This document shows positions 21,923 through 33,137 of a DNA stretch of 64,000 bases, one piece after another. Below the pieces are notes generated by a model. The model saw nothing but the letters and a program-made list of their open reading frames with translations, was not told the DNA's origin and did not search any database. The position numbers and the translations under genes were made by a program. The first letter of the stretch is position 1; every line of letters begins with the position of its first letter. The stretch covers positions 372,001 to 436,000 of the forward strand of contig BROI01000002.1 in NCBI GenBank assembly GCA_027923505.1, given 5' to 3'. This DNA is from Mayamaea pseudoterrestris (Eukaryota).

Positions 21923-24582
21923 CTACATGGTGACAAAGGAGGGAGCATGGCAGTAGCTAAACACGTTTCCTTCCCGATACAGCAAGGTGGATCGCTCAGC
22001 AGCACGTCTTCCAGTCAGTATCAGCTCCTCCAAGTCCTTCAACAATATAGGATTGACGTTAAAGCCGCTGTGTCGAAGGTCCTTAATGTTAGTGTCGAGC
22101 AGCGTCGTGTCAATCACATCCACATCGAGCCAACGATGGTCCAAGGATCGATCGCTCGTAGCCATGGACATTTGAGACTTGCGCTTTTGGAATAGCATAC
22201 GCTGGTCGATGGAGAATTGCTCTTTATCGAGATGATTTTTCTCGTCTTCGTCAATCGCGTCCTTGTCGGAGTCAATTTCTGGAGCATGCAGTAGCTCTAT
22301 ATGCCGTTCATGACCTCTTGATGAAAGCCTTTTGGTCTCGCATCGCCATTTGCTCCATTGAGAAGGGCCGGCTGGCTATAACCAAGATAGTTGGCCGTGC
22401 CGTTGATAAATTGGCTAAAGAAGAGTGCTTGATCGCCTCGATCACCAACAATGGTAATGTGATCGCAAATGCTTCGAATCGACAAAAACGCATGATCCAC
22501 AAAGGCTGCCAGCGAAAAGTCTGGATTCAGCATGGTAATGCTCTTACACGTCATGAGCCGTTCATCCTCTCTATTGTCATTGTCGCCATCGGTGGCAAGT
22601 TGAAAGCATTTGGAAACGTCGCTTGACGATCCATCCGCCTTGTTTTGAAACGCGCCCAGCAAGGTTTGCACGCCCATGGAGTGACTCATAAAGTGTACAT
22701 GGTCAATGCCAGCATCAGATAGGCCTCGCATCAGCTGCAGAAAAAGCTCCTTGTTGCGATTGGAGGCGGCAATGGCCGACGCGTATCGATACGTCAATAT
22801 TTGACCCACCGGCCACTCAAAGACAATGGGATAGACGCGAGCGGATATTTTGGTCATGGCCAGCAACTGTCCGAGCGTTTGGAGTGACCGCTTGAGACAA
22901 GAATTAAAACCAGGGATGAATACGAGGGCTTCCTTGCGAGGACTAGGCAGCCAATCCTGCACCTCGAGTCGAACAATGTTTTGACGAAAACTAGGATCGC
23001 TCCGTCGATAGTGGTGATGGTGCTGCAAGGTAGTAGATTGTTGCTTGTAATCATGATCGGAAGACAATGCTTTTATATCACTTGGCTCAGTCTGTTCGTT
23101 TGATCCAAGTTCGTCATCATGGGAGCAGCATGCCGAGTCATCGCTATTGTCGCAAACAATTGGCGGACTCTCCCTGTCATGGGAGCAGCATGACGAGTCA
23201 TCGCTCTTCTTACAAACAATTGGCGGAATCTCCTCGTCGTTTGCCTCGTGCTCGTCGTCATTGTCTCGTTTGACACGAATCACAATCTCCGAAACTTCGC
23301 TACTATATGGCAAACTGCTTGGCGCATATACATGCCCTTGCACATGCACACCACGCGAATCGCTCGAGGATATAGCCACCATTGTACAAGTATCGTTTTC
23401 GGGCACGAGATGGGCCATGCGATCAAAGCAATCCTGCAGCCAGTGCGGAGTGTCGTTGTCGTCGTCGGTTGCAACAATGTATCCTTGCTCATGCACAATA
23501 ACGTTTGGACCATATATTTCCGTCGCTTCCGGCAAGTGATTGTAAAAGGCTCCCTGCACGCTGCATTCCACACTCGCAACGCCGCATCGTGCCGGTTGCC
23601 GATTGGTGGGAAACAGTTGCTGCTTGGCAAACGCATCATCCGTCGCCATGAAATAGGCCACCGGCACTGCTCGAAACGCATCACCCGTGCCGTAGCGCCG
23701 CGACAAGAACGGCGCGACGGGATTGCCGTTAAGCCACGTGCCGCTCAGCACTTCGCCGCCGTGTGAATCATCCATCCATCGACCCGCGCCGTGCGGCGTG
23801 CCGGCGTCAAATTCGCCCTGATAGTGGCACGAGTGAACATGTGTTTGACCAAGCAGTTGCGTCCAGTGGTAGGAGCCTTGGTAAATCATGGTCCACGCGT
23901 TGCAACTAGTGTGAGTCACTTGCACCTTCCAAAACCATTCGACGCCAACGTGTTCGAAAAACCACTTGGACTGCAGCGTCATGGGGTACAAATAGTGTCG
24001 CGTGACAACAATGCACAGCGTCAAACACTGCGCCAAGACAAAGATTGCCGTGATCCATCGCGTCGCCGATGGATCAGCACTGCCCGTAATCAAAATGGAA
24101 GTAATAATGGCCATGAGGGGCCAGTAGACAAACATCCACACGACGGCACTAAAGAATATCGACTCCTCCAGCAGCGACAACAAAACCACCACCAACATGA
24201 ACCACGCTCCAACGGCCACCATTTGCCACACGCGAATGACTAGCGTCGTCGTCAAAATGCCATGCTCCATGTACGAAGCACTCAAGCCGTAGACGCACAC
24301 GAGCAACACAAACAAAGCGACATGGTGCGTGCGTTGCGATTTGCGCTGCGTGCCCTTGAGGCTTCGCGTCAAGCGACGAAGCTGCATGTTTAAAAAGACA
24401 GTCTGCTGGGCGTGTGATAATGATAGTTGCTGTGAAATGTTGTCGTGGTTGTTGCAGCTTGAATTTTCGTCGATTGATGATCGACTCGCAGCAGCAAGAT
24501 GCTGCTGCTGCTGCTGCTGCTGCTGTCGAGGAGACTGTATTCTAGGGCTGCGAGCCTTTCGTCTCGTCAGCAATGATAGCAT
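21923..24582 (-). CDS. Multi-TM protein with MORN-like repeats and a DUF900-like alpha/beta hydrolase domain; apparent frameshift at ~22300
   Basis: TM helices; YQGEFDAGTPHGAG / LSGTWLNG (MORN-like); FIPGFNS, FEWP, SHSMG. The C-terminus (WLDVDVIDTT..RHSGF) lies in ORF 21923-22198 in another frame. Confidence 0.72.
23116..23228 (-). repeat. 60-bp-period tandem duplication encoding PPIVCxxSDDSxCCSHD twice
   Basis: tcatgggagcagcatg..gagtcatcgct....caaacaattggcgga occurs twice with 60-nt spacing. Confidence 0.85.
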
Positions 24583-25216
24583 GCCGATATGACTACTTGA
24601 TATTTTAGTTAAATGGTTACAAGAGACTGTTTGACGCAACGGTTTCGTGGGTTAAAGTATCAGCAGACGACCCGTTGACGGAACGAATGAAGCTCTCTCA
24701 TGGTCGGCGTTTTCTTCCAAGCGCATGTGAAAAGCTGTTTGTGTGTCGCAGTACTTCTCAGCGCGCCGGTCAATCGTGCATGTCGGATACTTTCCCACTG
24801 TTCGATTCTATTGCTAGCTGATCCTCAACATAGGAGTATACACCATGGATGCGTGGTGCTGCAATGAGACAAATATACCGGTAGAACGGGTGTGGGTCAC
24901 TGGAAATCCGGCAGGCATGTTTTGTTGGCATTTGGCTGCTGTGTGAGGAGTACTAATATTGACTAAACTATGAGGTGTCAGTGTCTATTACAGTATATAG
25001 AGAGTGAAGACATAACATAATCGTTATCACTTTGTTTCTGACCCGCATCAGCACGACGCAAGACATTGTTGCAATGACTGAGTGAGAGCAAAAAATGCCG
25101 GGCGACGGCGCAGCATTGTCCCAAGCATCTTCGCAGCCATCTTTAATTGCATGTCCGTCGCACGCGGCAACTTTAGTAACAACTGATACAAACCTCCAAA
25201 ATTAGTTATTCTTTAT

Positions 25217-26095
25217 TTAAGGAAAAATATTATTATTTGGAACAAAGTCGACGGTTTTGCCTGCTTCAATGTCCTGGGTCAAAAGTTGTGCAGCAAAATT
25301 GTTAAACGGATTTGTAATATAAACATACCCACAGGTAAAATTTGTGGTATCGCAAAGCCCATCATTTCCGGAATCTGTCACTGAGAGTGTATATGTGACA
25401 CCTGGAATCAATGGAACGGTGTATTTGCGAAGTTTTTCGTCGTCTATGATTTCAGTGCCTTGAAATTCCAATTCAGCTAAAGTTTTCTTGTTTGTGATTT
25501 TGATTTTGATTTGTTCAGGGTTCTTATCAAACATGACACGCAGGTTCATGTTGATTGGGGCTCCGGTGGGAGCCGAGGTAGCGGGACGAGTTGGTACGCG
25601 GCTTGGCATCTTGCTTGGCGAGCGGCTAGGCGAACCACTTGGAAGTTTGCTTGGATTGCCACTGGGTTTCTGGCTAGGAAAGTTGCTAGGGGCTTGGCTT
25701 GGCTTCATGCTCGGTCTGTTGCTGGGGTTTCCGCTTGGGACAATGCTGGGTTGCGTACTCGGAGTCTGTGATGGCAGTTTGCTTAGTGGGCATTGATGTC
25801 GCATAACTTTCTTTCTCACTCGTCGGATGACTCGATTCTGTCGCCGAGTCGACAAGTCAGCTAGAACGATTCCACAATCGCGTAAAGCTATAGTTTTTAC
25901 ACAAACATCGAAAGCGTTGTCCGGCTGGCAGGCATTGCCACAAGGAAACTTTGTGCTCTTGAAACATTCCCTTGCCAGCGTGTCTTTTTTGTTCAGATTC
26001 GTTCTCAGCTTGTCGAGGCTTGCTGCGTTGCTTGTCGCCAGTCTGCGAAGTACCAAGAGCAGCGAAAGAGTGACAAAGCTCGGACAGTTCTTCAT
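25217..26095 (-). CDS. Secreted mucin-like protein with PSxx repeats
   Basis: Signal peptide MKNCPSFVTLSLLLVL, Cys-rich N-domain, about 15 PSxx tetrapeptides, C-terminal YTLSVTDSGNDGLC domain. Confidence 0.75.
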   Translation of the reverse strand: MKNCPSFVTLSLLLVLRRLATSNAASLDKLRTNLNKKDTLARECFKSTKFPCGNACQPDNAFDVCVKTIALRDCGIVLADLSTRRQNRVIRRVRKKVMRHQCPLSKLPSQTPSTQPSIVPSGNPSNRPSMKPSQAPSNFPSQKPSGNPSKLPSGSPSRSPSKMPSRVPTRPATSAPTGAPINMNLRVMFDKNPEQIKIKITNKKTLAELEFQGTEIIDDEKLRKYTVPLIPGVTYTLSVTDSGNDGLCDTTNFTCGYVYITNPFNNFAAQLLTQDIEAGKTVDFVPNNNIFP

Positions 26096-26882
26096 TGTAT
26101 CGTCGTCTAGGAAGAATGATTGAGCAGTCGTTGATGGGCCAAATTTGTGGCATGAACTCACAGTCAACGATAAATTTGATGGTGAGTAGTCGTTCTTCTC
26201 ACTCCACAGTCAGTCCCCAACTTGAGGTAAAATTTCTGTAAGCGGTCATTTTGATGACTTTTTCGGATGCTCATCATCTATAGCCTAACAGCCATCTCCA
26301 CGCCAGTAGGTTCGGCATGTTTCCTGCCCTGACGTAATTCGCATTCTGATTGGTTACAAACATCAAGTTGCATTTGGTGCGTATTTTGCGCTGGTAATAT
26401 TACAATGTCCGAGTACAGTTTGACAAAGCCAACATTGGTTTAACGCTGGGACTTTTTCAGGGGTTGATGACAGTTCTCGCGGACAAATCGTGGTTATAGC
26501 CTCGATGACTATGTACCGGTACTCCAAGCTTGGAGCGATGATGAATGGTCGCGCTGGCAACAGTGCGACTTTACTCCAACACCGGTACGACGCCAAGATT
26601 GTAACCACGGCGCGTTTCCATGACACAACATCTTTGGATCCTTTCGTACATACAAACAAACGACGTTCTTGCTTGCATCAAATTAACATTGGGAAGAGGA
26701 AAAGTCTTCATTGTCGATTATCGACTCGTTCTGGTAGTCCCAAAGCTGGAGAGACAAGGATTCTCCGTCAGCTCGACATAATTAAAATTTGATCGAGAAA
26801 CTGACAAACTGACAGACGATCGATTTTCAATTTGGAATGCTATCAAAAGGTTCTTGACAAGACTCTTTATCGCATACAGTTC

Positions 26883-29800
26883 ATGGCTATGAGTAAAACG
26901 ATGCTTCCGAGCGTCCTACTGCTGCTGCTTGCTGCACTAGCGTCGCTGCTGTGGCTCAAAACGTACAAGATTGGCACGTCACTTTTTACGTCTTTCTCTC
27001 CCTCCTCAATCACAACAACATATCCATCCTCATCAGTATTTCTCAAAAAGTTCAACGCCGTAGACAACGCTCGCACACTGAACATTCACATGGTGCCGCA
27101 TACGCACGACGACGTTGGCTGGCTCAAGACGGTGGAGCAATACTACGAGGCGCATTGCAACGACTCGATTGACACGCGCGGCAACGTGCGAGGTATCATC
27201 ACGACAACCATCCAGTCGCTGCTCGAGAACGACGCGCGGACATTTGTCTTTGTGGAAATGAAGTTTTTTCGCATGTGGTGGATGGAGCAGTCGGACGCCA
27301 TTAAGGATTCCGTCCGCTACCTCATTGCCAACGAGCAATTGAGCTTTGCCAACGGCGGCTACTCCATGCACGACGAAGCGTGCGCGCACTACATTGGCAT
27401 GGTGGATCAAACGTCACTGGGTCACGACTTTTTGTGGCAAGAGCTTGGTTACGTGCCAACGGTCGGTTGGCAGCTGGATCCCTTTGGCCATTCCGCCACG
27501 CAGGCAAATCTGTTGACGGCGCGGACCGGATTGGATGCGCTCTACTTTGGACGCATTGACTACCAAGACTTGGAGTTGCGGCAGGCGCGTCGAGAGTGTG
27601 AAGGACTGTGGGACGCAACGTCGTCAAGTAGTAGAAACGGCAGTGACAGTAGCAGCACCAACAGCAGCGAAACCGACGATCGCTTCGACCCAACCATCTT
27701 TTGGGGCCTGACGGGAAGCTACCAAGGCAACTACGGACCGCCAGACGGCTTTTGGTACGATGTTTTGACGCCCGACAATGTGCCGCTCGTGGGCATGGAC
27801 GAACCGCAACGAGTGGAGCGCGTCACCAGCTTTCTGCGCGCCCTCCAAACGCAGGCGGATCAAACGTTGGGCAATCACGTCATGGTGACGCTGGGGAGCG
27901 ACTTTCACTACTCGGAGGCGCACTACAATTTTGCCAATTACGATTTGCTTACCAGCATGATCATGATGTATCAGGAATGGAACGTCATTGATGTTGCAAG
28001 CATGTTTGGTCCAGACTATGACCAAGTCAATGTATTTTACTCGTCGCCGGGATACTACACCAAGCAAAAGCATGAGCAAGCGAAACAGCGTCGCGAGCAT
28101 TCTTCGTCAGCGAATCAAGATTTTAAAAGCACGAGCAGCGAAGCCAGCGTCGATTGGTCCACTAAAACGGACGACTTTTTTCCGTACTCGGACGGTCCGC
28201 ACAACTTTTGGACGGGCTACTTTTCGTCTCGCACAGCCTTTAAACGGTTCGAGCGGGTCGCGTCGGGATTTCTCCTGGCGGCCAGGCAGATCGAGGCCAA
28301 GGCTGTCGCGACAACAGATGGTGCAGATGCAAGCGGCATTGACGCTGGCAACACTAGTTGTTTGCATGCACTCGAGAATGCCCTTGCCGTCGCGCAGCAC
28401 CACGACGCTGTTTCGGGAACGGCCAAGCAACACGTGGCGGATGACTACAGCAAGCGACTGCAGGCTGGTCTGGATGAAGCGGCAGCCTTTGTGGCGCATA
28501 AATTGAAACGCGTCATGCTGGAGCATCCAGCGTTGGATATAGTGGACTTGGAGTATTGTCAGCTTCTGAACGAAACCATTTGCGAAGTATCTGAAAATGT
28601 TACACGGACAAGCGACCGCCCATTGATCGTTGTTGTGTACAACCCACTTGCTTACAAATATGCCTCTATAGTTCGATTGCCAATCGCTGCTGGCACCAAC
28701 TATCAGGTGGAGCGGCTGGATGACTCAAAGGAATTTTTGCCAAGAGTGCAAGTGGTTCAACCGATGCTCGACCCAAGACCCAACCTTGTTGGTGGTCAGA
28801 AACATGTTCTACACTTTAATACGGGGAATTTACCTGCAGCCGGTGCAGTAGCTTTTCGTGTCAGCAAGCTTAACCGCACTAAAAGTGCTACAATTGGCAG
28901 CTTTGAGAGTCAATCTCAACTTTTGGCGACCCAGCGAGGTCTAGGCGACAAAGGCAAGGAAACATCCATTGCTATATCAAATGAGTTTCTGACTGCAACA
29001 TTCAATCGAAGCACGGGCATGTTGGAACATGTCGATGCCTCGCGCGTAGCACTCGACTTGGAGCAAACGTGAGGGTATTATACATCGTTTGATTCGTCGT
29101 TGGACCATGCCGACAATACTTCCAAGCAAAACTCTGGCGCCTATATTTTCCGACCGAGCACACCGGAGCAATCACTCCTTCCTTTGCTGCCAGCCAACGG
29201 GAAGGCGAACTTTATCAAAACCGATGTTGGCACAGAAGTCCACGTTGCTTTTAAGGTACCATGGGTTCATCAAGTGACCCGCATCTTTGAGACCCAGCCA
29301 TTCATCGAGATCGAGTACACTGTCGGTCCCATTCCCATTGACGACGGTCGCGGCAAGGAAATCGTCACGCGCTGGCAATCGAACATTGAAAGCGATGTAA
29401 CCTTTTACACGGACTCGAATGGTCGCGAGTTCCAGGAGCGTCGAAAAAACCATCGACCGTCGTGGAACCTGACAACGTACGAACCAGTGGCTGGCAACTA
29501 TTATCCCGTAAATACTGCAATCTACATCAAGGACAAGACAAACGCCATGTTCATACTCACTGATCGGTCGCAAGGTGGTGCATCTCTCGAGTCGGGTTCC
29601 ATGGAGCTCATGGTGCAGCGTCGCACGTTGGTGGACGACGGTAGAGGCGTCGACGAACCATTGAACGAAACGACGGGCGGCATGACAGCCTATCCGCCCT
29701 ATGGTAACGCCAGTCGAGTCGGAGATGGTGCTGTCATTCGTGGTGTTCATCGCATCATGGTTGGCCAAGCGTCGAACGCAACGCGGCAAGCGCGGAAGAT

Positions 29801-30272
29801 TATGGATCAAGTGTTTGCGCCGCCACTTGTCTTTGTCGGGTCAGAAGCTACTGACAAGCCCGTCGCCTTTCGCCAGCCGTCCTTCTCCGCGCTAAATAAT
29901 GCGCTTCCACCCGAGGTCATGCTCGTTACCTTCGCCAGACTAGCAAGCGACGAGCGGAATCGAACGTCGTTTCGTCTCCGCCTTGCTCATCAACTGGAGG
30001 ATGGAGATGCTGATGAGCCGCAGTCGGTAACTGTGGATCTCACTATGCTATTTACCGATTATGAAGTATTAGAAGTCTCTGAACGAACGCTTAGTGGCAA
30101 CCAAGACTGGGACGATTACTTGGAGCGACGATTGACGTGGACAAAGAAGCAAGAAATGGCTGCGAAGAGGAAGACTCCACCTACGAAAATTGATCCTACC
30201 AACATTAAATTGCAGCCAATGGACATTCGAACGTTTCATGTGGCAGTCAAGCTGATAACTGATGTCGAATAA
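26883..30272 (+). CDS. GH38 lysosomal-type alpha-mannosidase, interrupted by one in-frame TGA (29070-29072)
   Basis: HTHDDVGW, WQLDPFGHS, QHHDAVSGT, SGAYIFRP, FYTDSNGRE, GNYYPVN, DRSQGG. ORFs 26832-29072 and 29100-30272 share the same frame. Confidence 0.88.
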
Positions 30273-30351
30273 AGCTGCTAATAGATATAATTACTACCGT
30301 AGAATTATGTAGCTTCTCCATAGCCCTCGCCGCAGCCATGCCTTTAATCGT

Positions 30352-31671
30352 TTAACCCAACAATACGACATCACCTCCAGCATTGGCTTCATTGTTGCGC
30401 GTCCCCTTGACACTCTTCTTGCGCTTTTTTCGCTGCAACGTCGCCTTGTACGTTGGCTTTGTTGTCAGGTTGCGGTCCATGAGACTGGCCAATCGGTCCT
30501 GCACCAAGCTTCCTTTTGGCTGCAGACTGCGCAGACTTGGTGCCGCGGCCAGTGCCAAAGGAATGGTGGGAGCGCGGCCCGGGTTACGTGTCACCGCCGT
30601 TTCGTCCACGTCCTGTCCGGGAATGCGACTTGGTGCAGTCACTTTCGTCTTGCTACTTTGTTGCTGCTGCAGTTCCTTTCGTTTAAATTCCTTTTTGTAG
30701 ACGGGCAACTCACCCACTTGCTTTTCCAGCTTCTTTTGTCGCTTGCTCAACTGCAGCGACGTTTGCTCCTGTCGGAGTCGCTTTTGCTTGTTGCGCTGGG
30801 CGCGCGTGAGCTTGTCTTCGCGGCGCGGAATGATCGGGCCGAGCGCAGCGTTGACAGTTGCAGCGTCCTTTTCCTCATTGTCGCCATCATCATCACTATC
30901 ATATTCACTCGAGTCGTCGTCGTCGTCATCATTCATTAGCAGTGCCTTGGTTTCGTCGCTCATGCCTTGGGCCAGTGGCTGGGCCAAATTGCGGAGCGTC
31001 TGCTCGCGATTCACTTCCAGTTGCGCCGCCGTCTGCAGCAGTTGTTTGTGGGCCACGGGATCGGGCCGGTACGACTGTCCCGCCTTGGCCACGTCGACGG
31101 CGATAACAGCAGACTTAACTGTTCGCTTGCTGCTGTCGTATTTTCGGGCCTTTGTGGTTTCGTGCGCCGGCTTGACGCCGGCCAGGGTCGATCCACCAAC
31201 GATTGGTTTGATCAAATCTGCTGCGGCAGCATCCATGTCAGCTTGTTTGGCGTCAGCGCCAGTTTGTTTTGCATCACCACCACTATTTCCTTCATCCCAC
31301 AAGTCGAATCCCGGCGCCATATTGTCGTTGACGCGCTTGCGCCCCACCCGCTGGCGGCGCTCCTCATCCTGCTTGCCCTTGCGTGCCATGTCCACTAGTT
31401 GTTCGGCGGAGTGACTCTTCATCAGACGATCCACCTGCAGTTGATCCTTGGCGGATAGTTCCATTCTGCGCTTTTTCAGTTTACTAGTCTTGACACTATT
31501 TGCTGCTGCTGCCGCAATTTTGGAGTTGCCTTGTTTGTCAATGACGAACAAGTCGTCCGCTTGAAGCGTTTCCGACACGAACACTTCGGCCTGACGCTCC
31601 TGCAAGTCTTCCAGTGCGGCGTGGGCACGCTTCTTGGCACGAAGGGCCGCTCCTTGCAGCTTCTTTCCCAT
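30352..31671 (-). CDS. NOP53: Ribosome biogenesis protein NOP53
   Basis: DDLFVIDK (AIM-like motif), FDLW, GQSYRP, TRAQRNKQKR, SLRSLQPKGSLVQDRLASL. Confidence 0.88.
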   Translation of the reverse strand: MGKKLQGAALRAKKRAHAALEDLQERQAEVFVSETLQADDLFVIDKQGNSKIAAAAANSVKTSKLKKRRMELSAKDQLQVDRLMKSHSAEQLVDMARKGKQDEERRQRVGRKRVNDNMAPGFDLWDEGNSGGDAKQTGADAKQADMDAAAADLIKPIVGGSTLAGVKPAHETTKARKYDSSKRTVKSAVIAVDVAKAGQSYRPDPVAHKQLLQTAAQLEVNREQTLRNLAQPLAQGMSDETKALLMNDDDDDDSSEYDSDDDGDNEEKDAATVNAALGPIIPRREDKLTRAQRNKQKRLRQEQTSLQLSKRQKKLEKQVGELPVYKKEFKRKELQQQQSSKTKVTAPSRIPGQDVDETAVTRNPGRAPTIPLALAAAPSLRSLQPKGSLVQDRLASLMDRNLTTKPTYKATLQRKKRKKSVKGTRNNEANAGGDVVLLG

Positions 31672-31934
31672 ATTGTTGAATTGTATAGAGAGATAGTTGT
31701 AAAGTAGTGATCTTAAAGAGAGGGTTGCCGCGTTTTTGATCTGTGATAAATGGAAGAATCGGTGGTCGGCAGCACAGAAAATCTCCGGGTCCTCCGAGTA
31801 CCGGAACGACTTGGTTACGGTGCGACAGAGCGTGACGAAAGGGCGGGAGAGCCATTCAAAGTCGGCCATGGCGACTTGTTCCAATCTCATTCAATCGATA
31901 CAGTCTCATCTATACATTTTCATTCTAAGCAATC

Positions 31935-32915
31935 ATGAAGATTTTTGGAAAGAAGCGCAAACACATTTCTACTGCTAGTGCAGTTCCCTCAGCAAAGGAC
32001 GCGGCCGCCGACAAAGTCGTGCTGAAACTCCTGGCGGAAAAGCCGGACGTTTCGACGCGCAACGCCAAGGAGCGACGACTCGTCAAGCGGTACGAGGAGC
32101 GACTAAAGCAGCGAAATGAGCAAGAAGGAGGAGGAGGAGGAGGAGGCGAGGCATTAGAGGAACGTGGAAATGAGCAAGCGAAAAGTGAAGCTGCAGATGA
32201 ATCTGCTGATGCTCATGAAGAAGCAAGCGACGATGAAGCCCTTGATGGAAGCGAGTCTAGCATTGAAAAAGATGCTAGCGACGAAGCAAGCCAGGAGGAA
32301 GAGGCAAACGACAATGATGAAGAGGAGATGCCGAGCAAGCCGGAATTCGAAACAGCGATTGCCGCCGATGAGCAAACGCAAGACGGAGAACCAGACGCAT
32401 CGTCGTCGGATCAATTGCCCGCAGAAATCACGGCACTGCTCCATCAGATTCCCTCCAAGCAGCGACGCAAATTGGTGAGACAATGGGAGCGAAAGGAAGT
32501 TAGTGTGGCGCAAGTGGAGGAGCAGGCGCGGGCCATCCTGGCGGGTCCTGCGGCAGCATCGACAAGCACTACAACGAAAGATGCCGCAGCAACCACCGAT
32601 ACAACCACTACTACATCTCCACCGGCACGCAAGCGCCGCAAGACGGTCGACGAACGTTTGCTGTCGCCCGAGGAGCGACTGCGTCGCGACGAGCAGCGCC
32701 AGCTGCAGCGAGAGGCCAAAGAGCGGCGCGAAAACGACAAAGCAGCTGATGCAACCAACAAGAAAAAGCACCCGCTCAACAGTGAGCGGCGGCGCGCCAA
32801 TCGGCGCAAGCCAAAGTGGCAAAAAAAGGATAGTGGCAAGCCAGTATCGTTCAAGAGTGAGCATGCGTCGTCGGGGTACATGATTCGAAAGACGCAAAAG
32901 AGTGTTGCGGCGTAG
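31935..32915 (+). CDS. Hypothetical charged (basic/acidic) protein, possibly nucleolar
   Basis: 326-aa ORF divergent from NOP53. NAKERRLVKRY and HPLNSERRRANRRKP blocks. Confidence 0.7.
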   Translation: MKIFGKKRKHISTASAVPSAKDAAADKVVLKLLAEKPDVSTRNAKERRLVKRYEERLKQRNEQEGGGGGGGEALEERGNEQAKSEAADESADAHEEASDDEALDGSESSIEKDASDEASQEEEANDNDEEEMPSKPEFETAIAADEQTQDGEPDASSSDQLPAEITALLHQIPSKQRRKLVRQWERKEVSVAQVEEQARAILAGPAAASTSTTTKDAAATTDTTTTTSPPARKRRKTVDERLLSPEERLRRDEQRQLQREAKERRENDKAADATNKKKHPLNSERRRANRRKPKWQKKDSGKPVSFKSEHASSGYMIRKTQKSVAA

Positions 32916-33137
32916 GTTACAAGTCGGCTGGTACCATTGTAGCGACATTGATAACTAATGATACGTATCTAACTGTAAATGCAGAATTACCGTTGTAACA
33001 CATAATACACAACACTACATGAACTTTACAAATGTTAATTACAAAGGCGCCATGAGTAACTTCAACAAATCACGAGTAATCTGGCAGATCCTCGCATTTC
33101 AATACGTCTCGCGTTCTGCTCAAAACACCACGAATAT

